From positions 1,908,442-1,972,441 of the forward strand of contig JBMNFY010000017.1 in assembly GCA_050949565.1 (NCBI GenBank): 64,000 bases of DNA, written 5' to 3'. Under the pieces are notes generated by a model. It made no database searches. It was not told the DNA's origin and was given only the letters and a program-made list of their open reading frames with translations. Made by a program: the position numbers and the translations under genes. The DNA is from Kiritimatiellia bacterium (GTDB taxonomy: Bacteria > Verrucomicrobiota > Kiritimatiellia > RFP12 > UBA1067). Below, one piece after another: positions 38,501-48,000 of the stretch. Numbering within the stretch: the first letter of the stretch is position 1; every line of letters starts with the position of its first letter.

Positions 38501-39371
38501 GCGCGGAGGGATCGTTGAGGGCGTAAGCCTCGCCGCCGCCGTTGTGCAGGGCGCCGATGAAGAGGTTGGTGAAGGCGTGGCCGGGGGATCGGAGCGCGGA
38601 GCCGGCCGGTATTTTGTACCGGAAGCGGAAATCGCCGTTTCCGAAGAGCTCGGACTGGAAGGAGACCGGGCAGTTGGTGTCGCGCCCGGCGTAGAGGTTC
38701 TCCCAGGTCAGCAGCAGGCCGCCGGAGGGCGTGGGCGCGTGCCAGAAGCGCCCCTGCGGCGGCACGGTGCCGAAGCTGCCGTGCAGCGGCGCGAGCAGGC
38801 TGGCGTTCGCGGGCACGGAGGAGGGGGAAGGTGTGGACAACGGGTCACGGAACGACACCAGCCCCGAGCTGGAGACGTGCAGGCCGTCGATCTGGTTCGT
38901 GCCGAGGGTGAAGGACCAGCCGTTTGTCTGCAGCCAGAAGGTGTCCTCGGCCACGCCGTACACGGTCCACGGCGCGTGGACGATCGCATTGGAGGGCGCG
39001 GCACGCCAGGCGGCGGCGTTGGTCGCGGCGGAGACGAGGGCGACCCCGGCGGCGTACTGGGCGGGGGTGAGCGCACCGGCGCGGGGCGCGCCGGTGCGGT
39101 CGTTCAAAGGTTCAAGAGGTTCAAGAGGGACGGCGGAGGTGGCGGGGGCGGGGGCGGGCTCCGGGGTGCCGGCCGGGACCTTGCGCTTGGAACCGCCGCT
39201 GACACAGCACGCGATAAGAAAAATCGCGATGAACACTTGGTCGAAGCGGGACTGGGCGAGGAAGCGGCGTATCGGGTCGCGGAAAAAGGCACCGCCGGTC
39301 TCGCAGATACGGGCGATAAACCACAGCACGAAAGCGATGCAGAGGAACCAGAAAAGCATGTTGGGTGTCAT
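35523..39371 (-). CDS. 1282-aa HExxH-tipped protein, copy 2
   Basis: Translation appears identical to 28577-32425. Confidence 0.8.
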   Translation of the reverse strand: MTPNMLFWFLCIAFVLWFIARICETGGAFFRDPIRRFLAQSRFDQVFIAIFLIACCVSGGSKRKVPAGTPEPAPAPATSAVPLEPLEPLNDRTGAPRAGALTPAQYAAGVALVSAATNAAAWRAAPSNAIVHAPWTVYGVAEDTFWLQTNGWSFTLGTNQIDGLHVSSSGLVSFRDPLSTPSPSSVPANASLLAPLHGSFGTVPPQGRFWHAPTPSGGLLLTWENLYAGRDTNCPVSFQSELFGNGDFRFRYKIPAGSALRSPGHAFTNLFIGALHNGGGEAYALNDPSALTNGLELCWRAFGLLDPAIDDHDGDGLSIYDELLIHGTDPRRADSDGDGADDGVEMTLGTDPLDPDTDGDLAADSIDPDPLSPGDPGAILNCCSNTWLFHMHHALPTNGTCEASGFPWDDSLFAVTVTLDAPVADPGAVLWIGEIPLVMRDPGSWTLWLDKAATQTVWLCARHGVEVDYTVSSDVPGFFIQQPPPAPPPPPLSHAVSREGTVAAPFFTVEPAAACFHGEPITFRATGCAAGLSGQYAWSYGGTTVVTNVPEFTVWPDIDGLPTEVSVAFMPDGLDAGAPARAGTGTLSSLRSEWPATRCSSCGYCQRHVTTNSLTRWWCDLTGKPADEGRCPAAGRGYIPPANGTNTFFTLPVPRRPAAWPDCWATLSPWPSGHGGQGTPPNDPDDCGHGPGCSHCQWAVDHWHRRQETGGTIFDHSGCCSCPEHNPHSGGGGGQGSGPVVYEGAAGLAAAFRSFDGGGAVPLAPGPLPDSPGVVTVTGLTPSAAPYDRSVRFSRFDPHLPMTFYETDRFTVLSLDLQPDVDLDGAAGPGDDAALAADWDRTWLIPAGTNAFPLKVFNDAALPGAYTLALDGPSNIVARYGGVTVRGGESNAVAFPPGSTLETVLVQAEGPGEAVLTLSFQGTGAASGISCEALLKMTAVAVTLEPVTTENSPEVYNPCGIATGGIGYYKINVEPTSLFPDDKISWSVVSGDVSFVGNRNTGRLVAVKGGSTEGAFKLEVELEGVNFPANPCIAGMVLDPKTVPVTVWIVRDDNGNNAACSEGRVQELLSGVNAIFKQCAMTFHVNGAIQYTNCEEWLDIDFTNGWSGELESIRNIETATGGIELYFVRDFYIDGTIAGSLLGLEDTQGIVLRSGISERTLAHEIGHACGLLDIYPYRSVSNTLERVVTGPVTADRLPQDWGAGYYPPDLLQAYLITYRLLMMGYEDPTITTTCDIPLGSVYGTWFDRLPPLFEGDVVIDVWEQSLAPVGLNSMGNRQPCHQ

Positions 39372-39416
39372 ATTCGCGTCTCCCCGGCTACTTTAACGAT
39401 GTTCTTGTAAGCCTCT

Positions 39417-39466
39417 CGTGGCATGGGCGTCCCGCCCATGAACACGGGCAAGATGCCCGTGCCACG
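39417..39466. repeat. REP doublet core (duplicated copy)
   Basis: Same sequence as 32471-32520. Confidence 0.8.
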
Positions 39467-39501
39467 CCTGCAAACGAGAAGTTCTGCAAAAGCCTCTCCT
39501 G

Positions 39502-40101
39502 TCATTTGATGGTGATCCGTGTGGCGTCCGGGGCGGACATGATGGTGATGCGCTCCTGCGGCGCGTCCGCGCCGCGCGCGGTGACGCGCAGGGTGTCCCA
39601 TGTTCCGGGGCGCAGCCATTCCGGCAGGGGCGGCTGAGGGAGGCCCGCGAAGGCGACCGCGCCGTCGCGGTCGGTGAAGGCCGGGGGCAGACAGACACCC
39701 GAAGCAGTGACGCGGATGAGGGCGGTGAGCCTCTGCGTGCCGTTGGACGAGGCGGCGGGGACGGCGTGACGGGTGCGCAGGCCGCGCGGCGACAGGAACC
39801 ACCCGCCGCGGTCCCATCCGATGGCGAGGTCGGTCTCGCCAGCGTCGAGCACGCCGTCCGCCGGGGCGGCGTCGCGGCCCAGGCAGACCTGGACGTGGTT
39901 GGAGGGCGTGGCCTCGAAGACAAGCTCAAGACGGAAGACGCGCGGGCCGTCGGGGCCGACGGCGGGCAGGGCGTGCGTCGCCGACACCTCGCGGTCGGCG
40001 GTCGCGGGCTCCGGCAGGCGCGGCGCCTCAAGGGTGGCGGCACCCGCCGCCAGCGCGGCTGCGGTGATGGCAGTGACTATGGCTGTTACGTTGTGTTTCA
40101 T
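39502..40101 (-). CDS. Secreted hypothetical protein, first gene of the operon, copy 2
   Basis: Translation matches 32556-33155. Confidence 0.7.
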   Translation of the reverse strand: MKHNVTAIVTAITAAALAAGAATLEAPRLPEPATADREVSATHALPAVGPDGPRVFRLELVFEATPSNHVQVCLGRDAAPADGVLDAGETDLAIGWDRGGWFLSPRGLRTRHAVPAASSNGTQRLTALIRVTASGVCLPPAFTDRDGAVAFAGLPQPPLPEWLRPGTWDTLRVTARGADAPQERITIMSAPDATRITIK

Positions 40102-40431
40102 CTCGTTCCCTTCGCTCGGTTCTCCGGCAGGGAAAAGGCGCGGACCCCGCTCCGCGCCTCCTACGAGGGACCGCTAAGACCCTTTGGCAAAGCCCGGCGA
40201 CGAGGCCGCGCCCGATCGGGCGCGTCCCCGTGCACTCCGCTCCTGTTTGAAAATTGACGGTTTTTCGTTTGAAGCGTTCTGCGCGAAAGCGCAAAAATCA
40301 AATCAGTCTATGGGGTTCGGTTCTCTTCTCGTCCTCCGGTTCTCGCTCTTCTTGTCCGCCAAGCGGCTCTCGTTCGCATGCGGCTTGTCCACTGCCACCC
40401 GGCAACAACGCCGCATTCCGTCGTTGAGTGC

Positions 40432-40461
40432 ATTTTATACTCACTGGCAGATCGAACGCAA
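40432..40461 (-). promoter_or_regulatory. Candidate sigma70 promoter of the island operon
   Basis: Minus strand TTGCGT-16 nt-TATAAAAT with an AT-rich upstream region. Confidence 0.45.
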
Positions 40462-40480
40462 GGTTGAAAAATTTAAATTC

Positions 40481-41945
40481 CGTGCGCGCGGTATGTCATA
40501 GTCATGGACACCGTAGCCAAAATCGCGGTGTCCGGAAATCAAGCGCATCCGTCAAATACTGGACACCGTGCTAGAATCGGCTCGCATGAGAAACGAGATG
40601 TCACGGAAAGCCACGATGGAATACGTCGGCGCGAAGCGTCGCGCCTATTCAAAACTGAAGAGCAAGAAGGCCAAGAGTGCCGCGATCGACGACTTCTGCC
40701 AGGTCACGGGGGCCGAGCGCAAATACGCCATCCGGCTGCTGACCGGCAACCGGAAGTACCGCGATCACGCCGGGCGCGGGAAGACGTACACGCCCGGGGC
40801 GGAAGCCCTGTTCCTGCGTCTCTGGCGCGCCTCGGGACGCATGACGCCCCAGTACCTTGTGACCGTGGCGGGCCGCCAGATGGCCGCGCTGCGCGAGCTC
40901 GAGCATGTCGACGAGGCGGCCGCGGCGCAGGTTCTGCGCATGAGCGCGTCGACGATGGAGCGCATCCTCCGCAAGCACCCGCGCGAGGCCCCGCGCCGCC
41001 GCAACCGCCGCAGCGGGGCGAACGCGCTGGCGTCGAGCGTCCCCTGCGTCCCGGGCGAGGCGCTGCCGCCCGCCGCCCCCGGCGACACGCAGGTCGACAC
41101 GGTCGCGCTCTGCGGGGGCGACATGAGCGGCAACTTCTTCTGGATACTCACGCTCACGGACCGCCTGACGCAGTGGACGGAGCTGCGCTGCGTCTGGAAC
41201 CGCGGCGCGGCCGCGACCAAGGAAGGCCTCGCCGACGCCGAGGCCGCGTTCCCGTTCCCGCTCACGGCCATGCACTCGGACAGCGGGCTGGAGTTCCTCA
41301 ACGCCCACGTGCTCGGCTACGCGCGGGACCGCCCCCGCCCCCTCGCCTTCACCCGTTCCCGCCCCGGGAACAAGAACGACAACGCCCGCGTGGAGCAGAA
41401 GAACGCCTCCGTCGTCCGCGAGTATTTCGGCTACGAGCGCATCGACCGCCTCGAGCTCAAGAAGGACATGGACGTCCTGTGCGCGAAGATATCGCTGTAC
41501 AACAACCTCTTCCGCCCCTGCAAGCGGCTCATCTCCAAAACCAAAAGGCCGGACTCGCACGGCTTCTCCAAGCGTTACGACAAGCCCGCCACGCCCCTCG
41601 ACAGGGTGATTGCGTCGGGATACGCGGACCCCGCCGTGATCCGGCGTCTTACCGCGCTCCGCGAAAAGACCAATCCGATCCGCCTCCTTGAGGACATCCG
41701 CCGCCGATACGCGCTGATCCTGCGCAAGCAGAACAAGCTCGCCAAACGCGAAGCGCAAGGGATGACCACCCCGGGTTCCGCGCCCTGTCCCGCCGGTATT
41801 CCGGCGGGACAGGGCGCGGAACCCGGCCACCCTTCACGCCGTTGACCAGCCCCTCGTCCCTTGACCCCCTCGGTGTCCAGTGTTTGACGGATCGTCACCG
41901 CCTCAAAAAAACCTACGGTGTCTTTTCTATTTGACGGACCGCACG
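40481..41945 (+). mobile_element. Insertion sequence with DDE (rve) transposase, probably ISNCY-like; ends approximate
   Basis: Inverted pair ATCCGTCAAATACTGGACACCG (~40547-40568) and CGGTGTCCAGTGTTTGACGGAT (41871-41892), plus an outer imperfect pair with GACACCGTAG/CTACGGTGTC. Confidence 0.75.
40568..41845 (+). CDS. DDE-type integrase/transposase
   Basis: QVDTVALCG..LTLTD..W.E, HSDSGLEFLN and FTRSRPGNKNDNARVEQKN motifs. Confidence 0.9.
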   Translation: MLESARMRNEMSRKATMEYVGAKRRAYSKLKSKKAKSAAIDDFCQVTGAERKYAIRLLTGNRKYRDHAGRGKTYTPGAEALFLRLWRASGRMTPQYLVTVAGRQMAALRELEHVDEAAAAQVLRMSASTMERILRKHPREAPRRRNRRSGANALASSVPCVPGEALPPAAPGDTQVDTVALCGGDMSGNFFWILTLTDRLTQWTELRCVWNRGAAATKEGLADAEAAFPFPLTAMHSDSGLEFLNAHVLGYARDRPRPLAFTRSRPGNKNDNARVEQKNASVVREYFGYERIDRLELKKDMDVLCAKISLYNNLFRPCKRLISKTKRPDSHGFSKRYDKPATPLDRVIASGYADPAVIRRLTALREKTNPIRLLEDIRRRYALILRKQNKLAKREAQGMTTPGSAPCPAGIPAGQGAEPGHPSRR

Positions 41946-42075
41946 TTCGCGATCCTCGGCACGTAATCCGTACACTTTTTTTAGTCATTCGTACAAGACA
42001 ATCGCTTGAACGGCGTGGTATACTAAAAGCAACGATTGTCCTGTAGATCGACCTCTGTTTGATGAAGGAGCAGCT

Positions 42076-45000
42076 ATGATGATGACCTCGCGTGTAGTTC
42101 GGGCGGCTTTGTGCGGCCTGTTGTTCTCGTTGGTGTTTGGTGTGGCGGAGGGCTTTGCGGCACCGCCGTTGCGTTGGAATGGACCGGCGGGCGGGGTGTG
42201 GGACGCTGCCACGCCTAATTGGCTGGACGCAGGGGATAACGCTGTGGCGTGGATTCCCGGCGCCGAGGCGGTCTTCGAGGGCGCGGGCGGATTGATCGAG
42301 ATCGCCGCCGACGTCAGTGCCACCAACCTTACCTTCACCGGCAACGGCTACACGCTGCTGGGTGCGGGACGTCTGTATGTCGAGGGTGTGCTCACGGCAG
42401 CGACCGCCACCACCAACAGCATTGTCGCCGACCTGTGCACGGCCGGCGGCCTGACGAAGAGCGGTGCGGGTGCGTTGGCGCTGGCGCGTTGCGCTGGTCT
42501 CGTGAGCGTCCAGGGCGGCAGCCTGCTGGCCGCCGGATCGCTCTTCGTAGACGCGGAGATCGCGGTCGCCGCCGGTGCGTCGCTGATCACGCTGGGCGAG
42601 CCGGACAGCGGCGCGAATCTGATCGTTAACGGCAGCTTCGAGACACCCGCGCTGTCGAGCGGGGGCTGGAGTTACAGCGTTCCCTCCGGGTGGACCGTTG
42701 TCTATCCAAACTACGTCGGCCGACAAAACACCAAGTCTGTCGCAGGTTACAACAACCCTTGGAACGCGGCCGGTACCTCTCCCGACGGCGACCAGATGAT
42801 GATTCTGCAGTATGGCGGTACCGCAGCGCAGACAGTGACGGTCCCGGCTGACGGTCTCTACAGTATCGCCTTCTCCTATCTGATGCGCAGCGATAACAGG
42901 GAAACTCAGGTTTACCTGACGCTGGACGGCATCCCGTTCGCGACCTTCCTCAATCGGAGCCCCCAGACCGCTCCCGGGCGCTTTGTCAGCGGTGCGCTCT
43001 GGCTCACCGCGGGCAGCCACACACTGGGCATCGGCGGTGAACACGGCTGGGGCGACCGCTCGACCATGGTCGACCTCGTCTGCCTCGCCGCGCCTTCCAG
43101 CGCGCAGCCCTGCCGTGCCTTGGGCGGCGATTCGGTCCTGAAGGTCGTGGACGCTGCCAACGTGGTCATGGAGCACACTGGGGCCACGCCGATCGCCTAC
43201 GTGGCGATCAACGGCACCGCCGCCAGCGGCACGTTCAACGCTTCCCATGTCTCGGGTGTTTTTTCAGGTAGCGGCAGCCTGGCCTGCGCCACGCCCGCCA
43301 ACATCTATACCTGGAGCGGCGTCGGCTCTTGGAGCGACGCGACGCATTGGGCAGATGGTGTAGCACCCGTCGCGGGTGGCGGCCGGGATCTCCTTATCCG
43401 CTTCCCCTCGGCCACCGGTGCCGCTTCCGCTAACGACCTCGCGGGCGAGTTCCTCGCGCGCGGTCTCGCGGCCTCGGGCATCGCCGCCGACGGTGTCGTC
43501 ACGCTCTCGGGCGGCACCGTAGTCCTTACCAACAGTTCGAGCGGCGCGGCTCCTAAGATCTCGCTCCAAGCGCCCGGTACTTGGACGGTCACGGCCCCGG
43601 TCGAAGCGCGCCATACACTGACCCTCGACGTGGCGGGTCAGTTGACTTTCCAAGAGAACCCACTCGGGGTTGCCTCCAACGGTACATTCTACAAAACCGG
43701 CTCCGGCACCGTCACCCTGCCTACCTTCACGAATCGCGTGGCTTCGGCCATCGTTTATGACGGCGCCATACAGACCCCTCAGCTCCCCTCCAGCCTGACG
43801 GTCAATCTCTTCTCACAGCGCGGTAGGGCAGCGGCCCTCTGTCTCACGCAAGGCGGTCTCACGTTCGGCAACACGATCAATCTGCTGGGTTCGGGAACCC
43901 CGATCTTCGCCACCCGTTGCGGAGGAACGACGCTGACTTGTTCGAACTGGACTTACGGCTACGGTGATACCGCGCTCTTCGATGTCGGTGTCGGCGATAC
44001 CCTCTCGCTTCAGCAGATGCTGCTCATCAACAACAGCCGCGGCTATAGCGCTACCGCGCTCGTCAAGGCTGGCCCCGGCACGCTCGAAATCCGTTCCGCA
44101 GGCGCCGACACCGACAAAAACCGTGCCTACCGCGGACGTACCACGTTGCGCAACGGCACACTGGTTCTCACCGAAGACGACTGGGGCACATTGGCCAACT
44201 GGTCCAACCCCTTCAACGGGCGTACCTACGCCGGTACTGGCGGTTCACTGGGCTACAACCTACTGACCAATGCCGTGCTCATCGGCGACAGCGGCACCGC
44301 CCCTTCCGACGCGCTCGCGCTGATCGCGGCCGGTGATGGCCGCTGGATCGGTCACGATATCGAGGTTGCCAACGCAGGTGCCAGCGTGACGCTCGGCATG
44401 ACGGCCGGATCGGCCATGTTCGCGGGCACCCTCACGCTGCATCGCAATATCGCGTTCTCCGGCCCGGCCGACGGTATCCTCACGCTCAATTCCGTTTGCC
44501 TCGCCCCCGACTTCACGGGGACGTTCGCGCCTGCGTTTTCGGGTCTTGCCGCCCTGCGTATTGAGGGCGACTTCCCGTCCACCGCGTCGCTCGCCCTTCG
44601 CGGCCGCGCCCTGCGCTTCGCGACCGGTATCGTGCGCGACCAGACTCTCGCTTCGCTGGCTCTCGGTGACCCCGACGCACCGGCGGCGTTGGACGTCGAC
44701 TTCGGCGCCGGCGTCAACGACATTCTCCGCGTGACCGCCACGGACGGCCTGACGCTCAGCAACACCGTGGTCAACCTGTTCTACGCCGGAACCGGGCAGC
44801 CCTTCGCCGAACCCGGCACCTACACGCTCTTCACCTACCAGGGTACGCTCGACGGTGACGCGGCGTTGCTGTCGGTCGGCAACCCGCAGGACGGTGCGAG
44901 CTATGCTTTTGCCAATGACACCGCCAACCGCCGCGTGACCCTCACCATCACCGGTACATCGGGCGGCATCGCCGCTGTTTGGATACATCCGGAAGGCGGC

Positions 45001-48000
45001 GCATGGGCTGTCGGTGCGAACTGGGACGGCGGCACAGCGCCGAACGGCGCGGGCCTCGTGCCGCTCTTCGGCCTTGCCATCACCAATCACGCGACGATCG
45101 ATACCGGCGCGGGCTATACCGTTGGCGGGCTGACCTTCAACAACGCTGCCTACGGCTACACCCTTGGAGGCAGCGGCGGGCTGACCTTTGCCGATGCCGG
45201 AGACCCTTCGACCGTTTCCGTGTCCGCGGGCGCGCACACGCTGAATACCGCGCTCAACGCCCCGGACGGGCTGAACGTCACGACCGCAGATGACGCGCAA
45301 CTGGCGCTCGGTCCCGACGCCACCGTCGCCGCCGCGCTCACGCTTGCGCAGGGCACGCTTGAGTTGCAGGGCAATGCCACACTCGACGGTGCAGTTGATC
45401 TGGCCGACGCCACCATGCTGCGCGCACGCGCCACCACCAACGCCGCCATCGGCACCCTGAGCGGCGCGTCATCGTCCGTCGTGGCGCTGACCGGCGATGC
45501 GCCCGCACTGACGATCAATCAGGCCGCCGACGCGACTTTTGCCGGTTCGTTTACGGGCGATGCCAACGCAACGCTCGACAAACTTGGTGCCGGCGCACTG
45601 CATCTATCACACCCCTACTCCCCGTTCGCCGGAAAGGTGTCGGCCGATGCCGGTACGCTCGCCTTGCACGCCTTCGTAACGCCCGCTTCGGTCCAAGTGC
45701 CCGCATCCGGCGCGCTCGCGATCAACACGCCGACAATGAACGGACTCATGGGGTATTACTACAGCGTTGCGCCCAACACCAATGCCTTCTGGACACTGGC
45801 CGGTATGGAGAGTCACTTCGCCGCGATGGTTCCGGATCTGGTGTTCCCGAGCGGTGCATCTGGCGAACGGTTTGACTTCGGGGTCGGGTCCACCTATACC
45901 TTCCCGGTGCCCTACCATAACGGCGGCAGTCGTGCTCATCATTTTGAGGTGGTGTGGCGCGGCGTTATCACGTTGCCGGAAAACGGCACCTACACCTTCG
46001 GCGTGCAGTGCGACGACGGCGTCCTGCTCGCCATCGACGGCCGGCAGGTTCTGTCCCGCAACTACTACTCAAGTGCTTGGATCGAAGAAACGATCACGCT
46101 TGATGCGGGCCGCCACGACATCGTGCTCGGCTATTTCCAACTGACCGGCGGTGGCGGCATCCGCCTGCGCGTGCGCTGTCCCAGTCAGGGCACGGCGCAG
46201 CTTGTGCCCTCTTCATGGCTCGCGCCCTACGCGCAGGCCTCGCGTCTGTCCGGTAACGGTGCGCTCTCGTTGGCCGCGCCGGACAGCATGTGGCGCACGG
46301 CGCAAGCCGGTGGATTTGAGACGTGGCGCGGCATTCTCAGCGGGGTGAGCGGGAGCTTGTTCGCCAAATCCGCCACCGGGCATTTCAGCCTGTCTAGCAG
46401 TGGTGCGCCCAACGCCTTTGCGGGCGGCCTCGATGTGCAGGGTGGTATCCTGGCTCTTGATGCGCACGAACAGGTCGATGATGCATCGCGCCTCAACGTA
46501 TGTCAAGGTGCGACGCTGGCCCTCGCCGCGACAGAGACCGTCGGCGCGCTCTCGGGTAACGGCACACTTGCCATCGGCGGCCACGTCTACATGATACCCT
46601 TCATCGGCGACGAGGACTGCGGGATCTCGACCGACAGCACGTACACGCACCTGCTGGACTTCCCGCTCGACACCTACAAGCCGACCGTCAACGGCGTCCT
46701 GTTCGACAACCAAGGTGGCCGCAGCGGTACCCTGCCGGGCGGCGCATGGAACGACAGTCCGAATGATGCTACGCGCAGTGGCATTGACAGCCTGTTGTGG
46801 GATTTCGCTTACGGATCAACCAACTTCACCTTCCATCTCGAGGGTCTTACCGAGGGCCAGGCGTATGACCTGCGCCTGTACTTCCGTAATTTCGCCAACA
46901 ATCCGCGCCGCCTGACCTTCACGTTCACGGCCGGAACACGAGTGGTCGGCAGCATCAACCACAATCCAGACTCCGTGTCCCGTAGCATCGTCGGTTGCCG
47001 TTATGTGGTTGACGCGAGCAAGAGCATCACCGTTAACGTAATCTCACACGAAACGGCCCACACCTGCCACCTCTACGGCCTTTCAAATGAGGCGTTGGGT
47101 GGCATGAATGCAGCCAAGCTGACTGTGGCGCCGGTCGTCGGCCAGAACGCGACCTTTGGCGGCAGTGTTGTCGGGTTGGGCGAGTTGACTGTGGCTGGAG
47201 CCGGCACGCAGCGCTTCAGCGGGGCTAGCACGCTTGCCACGCCGCTTACGGTTACGGCGGGCACGGCGGCGCTGGAGCCCGGTGCGTCTGTGCTGGCGGG
47301 CGTGGCCGTTGATGCCGACGGAACCCTCGCAATTCCGGCGGGAGATGTTACCCTCGGCGGCCTCACGGGCACAGGGGTGCTCGATCTTCAGGGTGGCGGG
47401 ATCTATCCCACCAACACCGCGCCCTATTTCGTGACCTTCACCAACGATGCCGGATGCGGGATCTCGCCGACCAAGGTCTATACCCATGCCATCGACTTCG
47501 GCGGCAACGGCGCGCCGACAATCGTCAACGGCGTCTCGTTCACGAGAACCAACGCGCCCAGCGGCGTGATCAATGGCTACGGTTGGGTTAACGCACCGCC
47601 CAGCACCCATGGCGGCGACAGAGCTAGCAGTGTCGGTTTGGGCAATGACAATGGTGTCTTCCACCTGCTTTACGGCATGAACTACAGCCTGCCGAGCGGT
47701 CAGACCTTTAAACTGACGGGCTTGACCCCCGGCAAATGGTATGAGGTACGCCTCTATAATCGTACTTGGGATCCAACGTGTAATCGGACGCAGACGCTCA
47801 TCTTTGACCCGGACGGCGCCGGGCCGATCAGCCACTCTGTGACGTATGACTTTGATGTTCCAGATGCGCCGCCGAACTATCTCGGATACCGCTATCTGGC
47901 TGCAACTGGCGAACTGTCGATCACCATCACCCGCACGGTGGGGGACTCGTACCACCTGTATGCGTTCACCAATGAAGAGTCGAGTGACGGCACGCCGGGT

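Larger units (their letters stand above)
26570..40459. repeat. Tandem duplication with ~6946-bp unit (about 26570-33515 and 33516-40459)
   Basis: ORF pairs are offset by 6946. The junction reads GATCGAACGC|CTGAACC at 33515 versus GATCGAACGC|AAGG at 40459. Confidence 0.92.

Noticed and set aside
40102-40430. Riboswitch or leader peptide in the long island leader
   Set aside because: It has short palindromes and a 41-codon ORF, but no family motif I can recognise; an Rfam/Infernal search would be needed.
19358-41945. Prophage or integrative element
   Set aside because: No phage structural genes, tyrosine/serine integrase or att-like flanking repeats were seen.
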